From positions 1 through 16,122 of the forward strand of contig RDNZ01000054.1 of the NCBI GenBank assembly GCA_011364905.1: DNA of 16,122 nucleotides. Direction: 5' to 3'. Positions 8,353 to 16,122 of the stretch are shown here, in pieces. Positions within the stretch are counted from its first letter, which is position 1. Each line of letters opens with the position of its first letter. A program made the translations under genes and the position numbers. A model generated the notes under the pieces. That model did no database searches. It saw only the letters and a program-made list of their open reading frames with translations, and had not been told where the DNA came from. This stretch comes from Candidatus Thorarchaeota archaeon. Lineage in GTDB: Archaea > Asgardarchaeota > Thorarchaeia > Thorarchaeales > Thorarchaeaceae.

Positions 8353-8793
8353 TCATTGTTCCTCATGTTTGATCAGATTGTCTAGAACCCTCTCAAGGAA
8401 TGTTTCAAACTGATCTATCTCTTCAGGCTGAAATCCTTTGTAAAACACGTTTGTCATTTCAACAGAAACCTCGATGTAGACGTTGAGCATTTTTCTGGTT
8501 TTATCAGTCAGTACAACCAGTACTTTTCGTCTGTCTTCATCAGATTGGACCCGTTTCACATGGCCATCACTCTCAAGATTGTCTAACAATTCGCTCAGTG
8601 TCGACTTTCTGAGTAGTGTTTTCTTAATCAGCTCTTTTATTGGAACCCTGTCCTTCTCCCAGAGAGTAAACAGAATCCTGCCTTGTCCTGGGCCTATGTC
8701 GAGACCTCGCTCCTTGAGAAGGTCTGAGAAGACTCTTCTTCCAAGATGATGTATTTGCGTTACTAAAAAGCCGCCCCTTCTCTGAGACATCAT
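8353..8793 (-). CDS. MarR-family transcriptional regulator
   Basis: GQGRILFTLW, KSTLSELLDNLE, wing motif DEDRR; ATGA overlap with the upstream gene at 8790-8793. Confidence 0.92.
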   Translation of the reverse strand: MMSQRRGGFLVTQIHHLGRRVFSDLLKERGLDIGPGQGRILFTLWEKDRVPIKELIKKTLLRKSTLSELLDNLESDGHVKRVQSDEDRRKVLVVLTDKTRKMLNVYIEVSVEMTNVFYKGFQPEEIDQFETFLERVLDNLIKHEEQ

Positions 8794-9263
8794 TTCATAT
8801 CACCTAGCACCAATCTGAATGTCATACTTCCTGTCCAGCCTTTAGCGACTGTTGGTATGAGCCTGAGAACAGTGTGGTCAGGATCATCGTATCCTGTTGG
8901 GTAGTACCTCTCCCAACCATCGTGCCAAATTTCTTTCTTCAATCTTGCATCTTCAACTACCTCAAATTCTCCACCAAACATCACACCCTGTGTCGCTTCC
9001 GGCTTACAATAATAGACAGAGGCTGCAGGTCTTGCTAAAATCTCTCTAACTTTAGTGGAGGATGTGTTTGTAGAGAATAACATCATGAAGTCATCACGAT
9101 GCTTGGTAAATAGCGAAGCCAACTTTGGATACCGTTCTCTATTCCGAAGATTAAACATCGCTCTTGTCTGCGGAAATCCTCTCTCGTCAACTGTTGTCAC
9201 ATATGCTGGCCATCCAGTATCCAGAAGGTTGTGACACATCTCTCTGATTTCATGCTCGTCCAA
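8790..9263 (-). CDS. Pyridoxamine 5'-phosphate oxidase-like FMN-binding split-barrel protein (general stress protein 26-like)
   Basis: TTVDERGFPQTRAM, FSTNTSSTKV, YYPTGYDDPDHTVL. Start moved from 9296 to TTG 9263 because 9278-9315 is an operator region next to the TATA box. Confidence 0.85.
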   Translation of the reverse strand: MDEHEIREMCHNLLDTGWPAYVTTVDERGFPQTRAMFNLRNRERYPKLASLFTKHRDDFMMLFSTNTSSTKVREILARPAASVYYCKPEATQGVMFGGEFEVVEDARLKKEIWHDGWERYYPTGYDDPDHTVLRLIPTVAKGWTGSMTFRLVLGDMK

Positions 9264-9277
9264 TGCAGACACCACAA

Positions 9278-9327
9278 AAGTTCGGACCCTAATCAACTAG
9301 TTCGGGTCCTAACTAATTAAGCTTTTT
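9278..9327 (-). promoter_or_regulatory. BRE/TATA promoter with tandem MarR-like operators
   Basis: TAGTTCGGGTCCTAACTA (9298-9315, imperfect palindrome) and degenerate copy AAGTTCGGACCCTAATCA (9278-9295). Minus-strand AAAAAG-C-TTAATTA at 9327-9314. Confidence 0.65.
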
Positions 9328-9413
9328 GGTCTATGAAATATCTCGCTTTATTTTGCATATTCTGTCCCCTGTTTTTCATCCATATTATATACTAAAATTG
9401 AGAGGGTCTTCCT

Positions 9414-9719
9414 ATGACCGAATCCAGATATGAAGAAGTGCAACAATCAGCAAGACGAGTTCTAACTGAACTTGGCCTTCCTGATCAGACGCAGAAAAGA
9501 TGTTTTTCACTACTGAATGACAGAAGAACAAAAGAAATTTTGACTGAGAAGAATGTAGATGGAATCATTGCAGGCGCAATCTACATCGCTGCAATTCTGA
9601 CAGAGAACCGACTTCCACAGCATCAACTCACTGAAGTTATGAACATCTCTGCAGCAACAATTCGCAAGTACTATGTAATGTTAGTCAAGCTACTTGAGTT
9701 GAAAAAGAAGAAAATTTAG
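9414..9719 (+). CDS. Stand-alone TFB/TFIIB-like cyclin-box (single repeat) protein
   Basis: ELGLP...IIAGAIYIAA...RLPQHQLTEVMNISAATIRKYY matches the TFIIB repeat pattern including its HTH. No Zn ribbon and no second repeat. Confidence 0.8.
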   Translation: MTESRYEEVQQSARRVLTELGLPDQTQKRCFSLLNDRRTKEILTEKNVDGIIAGAIYIAAILTENRLPQHQLTEVMNISAATIRKYYVMLVKLLELKKKKI

Positions 9720-9789
9720 CTCTCTCTTAGCAATTCGCTTGTTTCTCACCTTCTCCATGAACTCAGGAGTGATACGACACGAAATCAAG

Positions 9790-9830
9790 AATAAAAAAGA
9801 GGTGTGAGGAAGCAGTTGATCTGCCTCCTC
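9790..9830 (-). terminator. Hairpin plus U tract downstream of the exported-protein gene
   Basis: Minus strand GAGGAGGCAG-atcaa-CTGCTTCCTC (10 bp with one G-U), then ACACCTCTTTTTTATT. Confidence 0.6.
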
Positions 9831-9841
9831 TGGTTTGTGTA

Positions 9842-10789
9842 CTACCTTCTCCTTAGCAGCACCACTGCTAGGATTACTATGGCTGCGGCTCCAGCCACAA
9901 TGCCAAGAGTCATCGGGTCAAGGATTAGACCTGGTTCGGAGGGAAGAATACCAAGTACCGGATCGTACTCGAGAGTTTCATCGCCGAAGTTCTCAAAAGA
10001 GAGATAGATTGCGTTTCCAGAATAACTTCCTGGAGCATCACCAAAACTGGATTTGACTTGGAGAGTGTTGTTGGCTGCGAGAGCGGTTTCCTCATACTCA
10101 AAGTAGCCATTCTCAAACTGGAACTTGGTCCCGACCTTGTGAAATCCTGATGGATCATTGTCTCCTTGATTCTGATTATGTGCACTCTCAGTCACTGTGA
10201 ACATGAGAACCAAAATGGAGTCCTCATAGGTCCAACTCCAACCTTCAACAACAAGATCAAACTTGAACTCACCTGGTTTATCTAGGTACATATGCACATT
10301 GATACTCACGTTGACATCGAAAGCAGGTAGACTTGGCAAGTGGCCATAGTCCGTCCCGGTGCCCTCTGGACGAGGATCAAAGGTGGCTTCTGTGGTGAAG
10401 TTGAAATGCACCTCAGTGATGTTCCCATCGTCTGACACAGTATCAAAACCACTAAAGTCCCAGCCTATTGTGGGTAGAACGAATGGGGCACCTATCACAG
10501 TGTCTGTGCCGTTTTCGAAAATACCGTCTGAGTTGGTATCATTCGCCTCAAACATCCTCACAAACATGACATGATAGTCCACATCTGGAGTGTTGGGATC
10601 CCACCAATGAAAGTGTGGAGCCTGATCGTTTCCAGTGACCTTGATTGCGATGTTGTCTGTTTCAAGCGACACGATTCCAGCAGAATATTGGTATAGTATT
10701 CCTGTGCTCTGCGCGGCAGCAAGCGGCACTCCTACCCCTACCAACATAAGGGCAAAGAGTGCAAGTGATGTTTTCTTGTAGATTTCCAT
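9842..10789 (-). CDS. Exported, C-terminally membrane-anchored beta-rich protein
   Basis: Signal peptide (KK, hydrophobic core, AAA|Q); DTNSDG Ca-loop-like motif; N-x-T sequons (NDT, NGT, NIT, NFT, NNT); C-terminal TM helix followed by RRR. Confidence 0.85.
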   Translation of the reverse strand: MEIYKKTSLALFALMLVGVGVPLAAAQSTGILYQYSAGIVSLETDNIAIKVTGNDQAPHFHWWDPNTPDVDYHVMFVRMFEANDTNSDGIFENGTDTVIGAPFVLPTIGWDFSGFDTVSDDGNITEVHFNFTTEATFDPRPEGTGTDYGHLPSLPAFDVNVSINVHMYLDKPGEFKFDLVVEGWSWTYEDSILVLMFTVTESAHNQNQGDNDPSGFHKVGTKFQFENGYFEYEETALAANNTLQVKSSFGDAPGSYSGNAIYLSFENFGDETLEYDPVLGILPSEPGLILDPMTLGIVAGAAAIVILAVVLLRRR

Positions 10790-10932
10790 TGAATCACCGA
10801 AACAAACCTCGAATTATTATTATTAAAGGAGTGTTGAACAGTAAAGGGATTAATAAAAATAGAAAAGGCTTATCACCCCTTTTTTGTCTGTTTAAAGGTT
10901 TATGAATGCTTGAAATCCTTTGATGAATGAAA

Positions 10933-12936
10933 TCAATTTTCAAGCAATCGCTGCGCTTTTTCCAAGATGTTCTCTACAGTGAATCCATACGCCTCGAAGA
11001 CCACCTTTGATGGCGCAGATTCTCCAAATTTATCAACAGAGTGGATATCGCCATAATCTCCAACCCATTTTCTCCAACCTAGTGACACACCAGCTTCTAC
11101 AGCAAGGCGGGCTTTGATTCCAGCTGGAAGAACAGAGTCCCGATACTCTTGAGTCTGACTCTCAAATAACTCCCAGCTTGGGAACGACACGAGCCGCACA
11201 CTTACTCCATCAGCATACAACCTCTCTCCAGCCTCAACTATTAGTGCCACCTCGGAGCCAGTAGCCATCAAAATGATCTCTGGGTTCTCTCCCAGGTCCG
11301 CAAGTATGTATGCTCCTTTTCTAAGACCAGCTGCTGAGGCGAATTTGTTCCGATTCAGAATTGAAACACCCTGCCTTGTCAACGCCATGAGAGTTGGACC
11401 TTTGGTTCTCTCAATTGCGATTTTCCATGCCTCTACAACTTCATTCGCATCTGCTGGACGGACTACAACAAGACCTGGAATGGCCCTTAGCGACGCTAAC
11501 TGCTCAACAGGTTGGTGCGTAGGTCCATCTTCTCCAAGACCAATGCTGTCATGTGAGAAGACCCAAATGCTTCTATGTTTCGAGAGCGCTGACAAACGGA
11601 TTGCAGGACGCATGTAGTCAGAAAAAATGAGGAACGTCCCACTGAATGGTATCACCCCTCCATGAGCCGCCATTCCATTCACACATGCAGCCATCGCATG
11701 CTCACGGACACCATAGTGGATGTTTCGACCATGCGGTGAATCACGTTGAAATGACGGGCTATCATTAATCCATGTTTTATTCGAAGGTGTAAGGTCTGCT
11801 GAGCCTCCAATCATTTCCGGAAGTCTTTCAGCAAGCGTGTTTATTACCTTTCCAGATGCAACTCGTGTCGCGAGCGGCCCCTCCTCTTCACTAAAACTTG
11901 GCAAATCGCTGTCCCAGCCCTCTGGAAGTTCTCGCCTCATTACTCGTTCTAGCTCAGCTGCTAGCTCGGGGTGAACCTTGACATAGGCTTCAAAACGTCT
12001 TTTCCATTTGTCTTCTTCTTCTGTACCTCTTTCACCTGTTTTTCGATAGAATTCTAGAACGTCATCTGGAACGTAGAACTTTGGTTCCAACGGCCAACCA
12101 AGTTTTTTCTTTGCGCCTTCTACCTCTTCCTCGCCTGCAGGTTCGCCATGTGCTTTTGCGGTGTCTTGCCTGGTTGGTAATCCGTATCCAATGTGAGTCC
12201 TGCAAAGGATCAGCGAGGGCCGTGGATCCTTTTTTGCATTCGCAATCGCATTGTCTACAGCATCTACATCGTTCCCATCAGGAATGCGTTGGATATGCCA
12301 TCCAAGCGCCTCAAACCGTGCGCCTCGATCTTCGGTGAAAGCCAACTCCGTACTTCCATCAATTGAGATATGATTGTCATCATACAAAAGAATGAGTTTT
12401 CCAAGACCAAGATGTCCAGCAAGTGATGCGGCCTCAGAGGAGAGTCCCTCCATCAAGTCCCCATCTGTTACAATTGCATAAGTATAATGGTCGACTATTT
12501 TGTGGTTCGATTTATTAAACGTAGCAGCAAGGTGAGCTTCGGCTATCGCCATTCCCACAGAGTTTCCCAGTCCCTGTCCCAGGGGCCCGGTGGTCACCTC
12601 AACTCCTGGAGTACAGATGTTTTCAGGGTGTCCCGGTGTCTTGCATCCCAATTGTCTGAAGTCCTTGATGTCATCCAAGCTAATATCATACCCAGTGAGA
12701 TATAGTAATGAATAGAGAAGCATTGATCCATGACCCCCGGATAGAATGAAACGGTCTCTATCCCACCAATCCGGATTCTGTGGATTAAAACGAAGATGTC
12801 GGGTCCATAGTGCATAAGCCATTGCAGCTGCGCCCATTGGCATTCCTGGGTGTCCTGATTTTGCACGTTGGACAGCATCTGCTGATAGGAAACGGATCGC
12901 ATTAATTGAACAGTCTTGGAGCGTTGCTTCAGGCAT
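10933..12936 (-). CDS. tkt: Transketolase (single-chain)
   Basis: [39 protein letters not shown] motif GDLMEG...[33 protein letters not shown]. Confidence 0.97.
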   Translation of the reverse strand: MPEATLQDCSINAIRFLSADAVQRAKSGHPGMPMGAAAMAYALWTRHLRFNPQNPDWWDRDRFILSGGHGSMLLYSLLYLTGYDISLDDIKDFRQLGCKTPGHPENICTPGVEVTTGPLGQGLGNSVGMAIAEAHLAATFNKSNHKIVDHYTYAIVTDGDLMEGLSSEAASLAGHLGLGKLILLYDDNHISIDGSTELAFTEDRGARFEALGWHIQRIPDGNDVDAVDNAIANAKKDPRPSLILCRTHIGYGLPTRQDTAKAHGEPAGEEEVEGAKKKLGWPLEPKFYVPDDVLEFYRKTGERGTEEEDKWKRRFEAYVKVHPELAAELERVMRRELPEGWDSDLPSFSEEEGPLATRVASGKVINTLAERLPEMIGGSADLTPSNKTWINDSPSFQRDSPHGRNIHYGVREHAMAACVNGMAAHGGVIPFSGTFLIFSDYMRPAIRLSALSKHRSIWVFSHDSIGLGEDGPTHQPVEQLASLRAIPGLVVVRPADANEVVEAWKIAIERTKGPTLMALTRQGVSILNRNKFASAAGLRKGAYILADLGENPEIILMATGSEVALIVEAGERLYADGVSVRLVSFPSWELFESQTQEYRDSVLPAGIKARLAVEAGVSLGWRKWVGDYGDIHSVDKFGESAPSKVVFEAYGFTVENILEKAQRLLEN

Positions 12937-13027
12937 CAGGTCTGTCTCCTAGCAATCATCGGGGGACAATCATGCGGCTTGACACCATGACCTCTTATTG
13001 ATTGTTGTGTTTTAATCTCAATCCGCT

Positions 13028-13597
13028 TCAGGGCTCGCCTACTACAGTTCCAGCTGGATAACTCTTGAAGAACTCATCCTTGAGTATATCCATCACAATA
13101 AAATCCTGAAAAGCACCATTGACAAAAGCGCCTTGTCTATGCACCCCTGCTTTCCTAAAGCCTGCTTTCTCATAAGCACGCTGTCCCCGTTTATTCATAT
13201 CGAGTGTCACAAGGTAGACGCTGTTGAGTCCAAGGACATGAAACGCAACCCAGAGCATTACTAGAGTGGCGTCTGTGCCAAATCCTTTCCCGAGATTCTC
13301 TGGGTTATGAATTGCAATTCCAAATTCAGCTCGTTTATTTTGTTTGGAGATGTTGAAGAGACTTACTGTACCTAAGAACTGGCCAGCCTTCTTGTCCTCA
13401 ATGGCTAGAGTCATTGCACCATCCCTCCAGGGATCCAATTTAGTTGCTCGTTCCAACCACTGTTGTTCTGCATTTCTTGACATAGGTATCTGATTGTTCA
13501 AATACTGGCGAATCTCAAGATTGTTGAAGTATTTTAAAATGATATCAAGATCCTCCATTTCAAGTGCTCTAAGACGGACCAACTCACCATAATACAT
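13028..13597 (-). CDS. GNAT acetyltransferase, RimJ/RimL family
   Basis: VRLRALE, AEFGIAI, GKGFGTDA, NKRGQRAYEKAGF. Confidence 0.9.
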   Translation of the reverse strand: MYYGELVRLRALEMEDLDIILKYFNNLEIRQYLNNQIPMSRNAEQQWLERATKLDPWRDGAMTLAIEDKKAGQFLGTVSLFNISKQNKRAEFGIAIHNPENLGKGFGTDATLVMLWVAFHVLGLNSVYLVTLDMNKRGQRAYEKAGFRKAGVHRQGAFVNGAFQDFIVMDILKDEFFKSYPAGTVVGEP

Positions 13598-13699
13598 ACT
13601 TTGGACTAACCACTGCTTGAAGATAAAGATGTCTTAGAAATAGCATCGTTCGATAAACTCTTTACATTTTCACATTACTGCTACCAAATGAAGGTCTAG

Positions 13700-14305
13700 A
13701 TGATGAGCTCCAGAAGAGAATACTTTGATGAACCACTTGTCAAGGTCGATTTTCTGAAGGTTCACTTTCCCAAGATTTGTCCTGTCTGTGGTGCTCCAGC
13801 CACGAAGTATGCTCTTTTGAAAATTGCCAAGAATGGTAAGCAATCTCTAAGAAGATCCTGGGACTATAGCTACGCTCTTTATCCAAGACATGAGATGGGA
13901 AATAGATTCTCAGAGATGAAAGTTCTACCAATACAGGTATGTGATAACCACGCCCATCCGGACGATGGCACTGATAGGTATCAGACTCTCTGCTTAATAG
14001 TCGATGGTTTGCTCATAGTTCTTATGATTTTTAGTTTCCTAATCATTGGAGATAGAATTTCAAGGACACGACCAATTCCGTTCTGGTCATATCTATACAT
14101 ACTTCTATTCGTGGTGGCAATTCTATCAACAAAAATAGCATTTAGGCCAAACGCACTCGAACGGGCAGTGAGAATCATTGGTTTTGACCCCGGGATGCAG
14201 CATGTTTTGATTTTGTTCAGGCGCACAGAATACCGGGAGCAATTCCTACTTGAGAATCAAATGAATGCAGAACTAGTAAACTGGATTACGCGCATAAATG
14301 ATTGA
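13700..14305 (+). CDS. Membrane protein with N-terminal CPxCG Zn-binding module and two TM helices
   Basis: FPKICPVCG plus distal VCDNH (likely C3H ligand set); hydrophobic segments LIVDGLLIVLMIFSFLII and FWSYLYILLFVVAILS. Confidence 0.8.
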   Translation: MMSSRREYFDEPLVKVDFLKVHFPKICPVCGAPATKYALLKIAKNGKQSLRRSWDYSYALYPRHEMGNRFSEMKVLPIQVCDNHAHPDDGTDRYQTLCLIVDGLLIVLMIFSFLIIGDRISRTRPIPFWSYLYILLFVVAILSTKIAFRPNALERAVRIIGFDPGMQHVLILFRRTEYREQFLLENQMNAELVNWITRIND

Positions 14306-14322
14306 GAGAGACGAGATTGATA

Positions 14323-14367
14323 AAAATCAGCAGGAAGTGCTCATGTTGCTTCCAACGCAAGCACTTC
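14323..14367 (-). terminator. Hairpin over the stop of peptide C followed by a U tract
   Basis: Minus strand GAAGTGCT-TG-c-GTTG-gaag-CAAC-a-TG-AGCACTTC (14367-14334), then CTGCTGATTTTT. Extra G-U pairs favour the minus strand. Confidence 0.45.
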
Positions 14368-14454
14368 AGTCACAGAGAGGGCGCTACCATCTCTGGTCTT
14401 GTTATTCTGAGCCTCATTCGAGGATTTTTGTGCCGACGAGTCTGCCTTAGCCAC
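14341..14454 (-). CDS. Microprotein C, 37 aa (not in ORF track)
   Basis: GTG start; MAKADSSAQKSSNEAQNNKTRDGSALSVTEVLALEAT*. SD AGGAGGT (14463-14469) embedded in the end of ORF B. Confidence 0.5.
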   Translation of the reverse strand: MAKADSSAQKSSNEAQNNKTRDGSALSVTEVLALEAT

Positions 14455-14460
14455 TCAGGT

Positions 14461-14556
14461 CTACCTCCTGAAGTAGCTACGAGCGATCGCGTCAGTCGAC
14501 ATTCTCTTTCTGAGATGAGTTTCCATGTGTTGTTTCTCAACATTAGCAAGAGCCAT
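14461..14556 (-). CDS. Microprotein B, 31 aa (not in ORF track)
   Basis: MALANVEKQHMETHLRKRMSTDAIARSYFRR*. SD GGAGGT (14563-14568) embedded in the end of ORF A; resembles ORF A. Confidence 0.65.
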   Translation of the reverse strand: MALANVEKQHMETHLRKRMSTDAIARSYFRR

Positions 14557-14560
14557 GAGA

Positions 14561-14662
14561 TTACCTCCGATAGGTGTAGGCATAGGTCAGAGCAAAGGTC
14601 GAGACCTTCGCTTTCTCGTTCTTCAGCACAGATGTTGGTCGTGAGTTAGTTGTTAGAGCCAT
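14561..14662 (-). CDS. Microprotein A, 33 aa (not in ORF track)
   Basis: MALTTNSRPTSVLKNEKAKVSTFALTYAYTYRR*. TATATATA at 14695-14702 about 33 nt upstream (short or no leader); resembles ORF B. Confidence 0.6.
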   Translation of the reverse strand: MALTTNSRPTSVLKNEKAKVSTFALTYAYTYRR

Positions 14663-14694
14663 GATATTTCACAAGAAATAGTACTCAGATTTAG

Positions 14695-14749
14695 TATATA
14701 TAGCGAAGCCACTTGAGAGGGTCACAGGACGAAGTCACATATTGTGACT
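14695..14749. promoter_or_regulatory. TATA box plus perfect palindrome AGTCACA-TAT-TGTGACT
   Basis: TATATATA 14695-14702; 7-3-7 inverted repeat 14733-14749; extra GTCACA half-site 14721-14726. Confidence 0.45.
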
Positions 14750-14872
14750 ATCAACAACTCTTCAAGAACCAGAAGAAAACTGGCTTCAACTATCAGAATG
14801 TGTGTATGACTAGAAAGAAAGCGCTGATGGGCCGCTTGAGTACGACCCTTTTCCAGCTAATATTGAACTAGT

Positions 14873-15256
14873 CTATTTGAGCTTGAGTTGAGTCTCACTC
14901 TTCCAAAGACCATGAATATTGCAAAGTGATGTAGCCATCAGTGTACCTGGTTTAGTGGTCTTGAAGACGAAGTGCGCAACGGGTTCGCTAAAGACGCCAC
15001 TGGTGTCAGGTCCTTGTGCGGACGCGCCATGACTGTCATATGAACAGTAGCCTATCTCATACGGAAACTTCTCTCCATCAGGCCATAGGAAAAGATCTAT
15101 CCATTTTATGTGGTGCGCTGTTGTATTTGGATGCGGAATCTCCTTGCCAACAGTCACCGTGACACTGACCTTTCCATCTTTGATTTCTTCTATTTCAATA
15201 ACAGGAACGTGCTTCTCGCTCTTCCAATCTGCGGTTTGCAACCATTTTTTCGACAT
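14873..15256 (-). CDS. sor: Superoxide reductase, neelaredoxin (1Fe, class II) type
   Basis: EKHVP, PHPNTTAHHIKWI and CNIHGLW iron-ligand motifs; no desulforedoxin domain; GAGGT SD. Confidence 0.95.
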   Translation of the reverse strand: MSKKWLQTADWKSEKHVPVIEIEEIKDGKVSVTVTVGKEIPHPNTTAHHIKWIDLFLWPDGEKFPYEIGYCSYDSHGASAQGPDTSGVFSEPVAHFVFKTTKPGTLMATSLCNIHGLWKSETQLKLK

Positions 15257-15457
15257 TGTTCCCTACCTCTATATTCTATTATTAGTGCCGCAGCTGACTA
15301 TCTCTGCTGCAGGTATTGCGATGATATACGTCAGTTGTTAAAAAAGTGCGGTTACAACCCTAACCTTCCCAAAACAATGCAATATCTCTCATACGCTCAA
15401 AGTTATATGTATCCACTTTGCCGATGACTTGTCGGTATCGTGAAAGGTGTCCAAACA

Positions 15458-16045
15458 ATGGAGCTGGAGTACTTTCGACCCATAGGGAAGAATACTGCGA
15501 TCAATATTACCCTGCTTGCCATAATGACTGCACTCGCTGCAGTTATGACCCTCGTGATACGAATTCCATATCCTGGAACTGGCGGTTATTTCAATCTTGG
15601 AGATACGGCTGTGATGCTAAGCGGTCTTCTTCTTGGACCTGTTGGTGGATTTGTTGCAGGGGGCGTCGGGTCAGCCTTAGCGGATATAGCTGGTGCTTAC
15701 GCCTACTGGGCACCAATCACGCTTTTCGTCAAAGGATTCGAGGGCATGGCAGTTGGGTTCTTCAGTTTTAGAGTCAGGAAGAACATCAGGTTAAGTAGGT
15801 GGGACATCTCCGGGGTTTTAATTGCAGCAATTATTATGTTGACAGGTTATTTTGTAGCTGAAGCAGTCCTTCTTGGGATGGTCGTTGCAATTGGAGAGCT
15901 TGTGACTATCAACTTAGCACAGGTGACCATTGGTGGTCTTGTAACAATTTTGATTGGACCCACAATCAGATCATACCTTCGTGCTGCAGGACTTGAATCT
16001 CCTGAATCCCTAGAGGAATCAACGGATACCAATGACAATGCATAA
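15458..16045 (+). CDS. ECF transporter S-component (substrate unknown)
   Basis: RIPYPGTGGYFNLGD, GPVGGFVAGGVGSALADI, WAPITLFVKG and multiple TM helices. ATG 15458 with AGGTG SD preferred to GTG 15440. Confidence 0.9.
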   Translation: MELEYFRPIGKNTAINITLLAIMTALAAVMTLVIRIPYPGTGGYFNLGDTAVMLSGLLLGPVGGFVAGGVGSALADIAGAYAYWAPITLFVKGFEGMAVGFFSFRVRKNIRLSRWDISGVLIAAIIMLTGYFVAEAVLLGMVVAIGELVTINLAQVTIGGLVTILIGPTIRSYLRAAGLESPESLEESTDTNDNA

Positions 16046-16122
16046 TTGATTTGCTAGTTGGAATCGTTTTTTAGGATGTGGCTTCCTCTGGACATGTGGT
16101 CATCCCGACCATCATGTGCTTG

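Noticed and set aside
14341-14556. Stop-codon readthrough (Sec/Pyl) fusing peptides B and C, which are in frame (TAG ACC TGA GTG)
   Set aside because: It would need two different stops recoded, C has its own SD, and I recognised no SECIS or selenoprotein context.
14302-14649. 115-aa plus-strand ORF
   Set aside because: TTG start, no recognisable motif. The SDs, TATA, repeated start context and terminator all point to the minus-strand smORFs.
14450-14670. CRISPR-like array or TPP riboswitch
   Set aside because: The repeat is only ~14 nt in two copies at start codons, and there are no cas genes. CTGAGA and ACCTGA lie on opposite strands.
29-16038. Remaining 60-117 aa ORFs overlapping the large genes (e.g. 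241-585, 742-1074, 4855-5148, 11273-11617, 15418-15771)
   Set aside because: Antisense or alternate-frame shadows of well-supported CDSs, with no motifs.
16098-16122. Hairpin CATG-TGGTC-atccc-GACCA-t-CATG at the window end
   Set aside because: Its context is truncated, so it cannot be assigned.

Overview
Archaeal genomic window. Evidence: TATA/BRE-type promoters, GAGGTGA-type Shine-Dalgarno sites, a TFB cyclin-box protein and a neelaredoxin-type superoxide reductase. An Asgard/Thorarchaeia-like origin is my impression only. The large ORFs are mostly ordinary: NifX-family protein, acyl-CoA synthetase, class II ribonucleotide reductase, two GNATs, a PNPOx-MarR-MBL operon, a membrane-anchored exported protein, transketolase, superoxide reductase and an ECF S-component. 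The most interesting content lies in the gaps the ORF track leaves empty, which hold six candidate microproteins. Two are paralogous hyper-acidic Trp peptides 4.3 kb apart (MHFD...W19...W-stop; 3054-3137 and 7361-7441), each with an SD at the same spacing. Three form a tandem, SD-coupled chain of 31-37 aa peptides (14341-14662) with a TATA box and a terminator-like hairpin. One is a 53-aa all-Cys zinc-finger-like protein (637-798). Also present: a very basic, possibly tandem Cas2/PaaX/ChrB_N-like protein divergent from one acidic peptide, a stand-alone TFB cyclin repeat, and two tandem operator pairs (ArsR/SmtB-like and MarR-like). No rRNA, tRNA, CRISPR array or mobile element was recognised. 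All family calls come from reading motifs by eye, not from searches.
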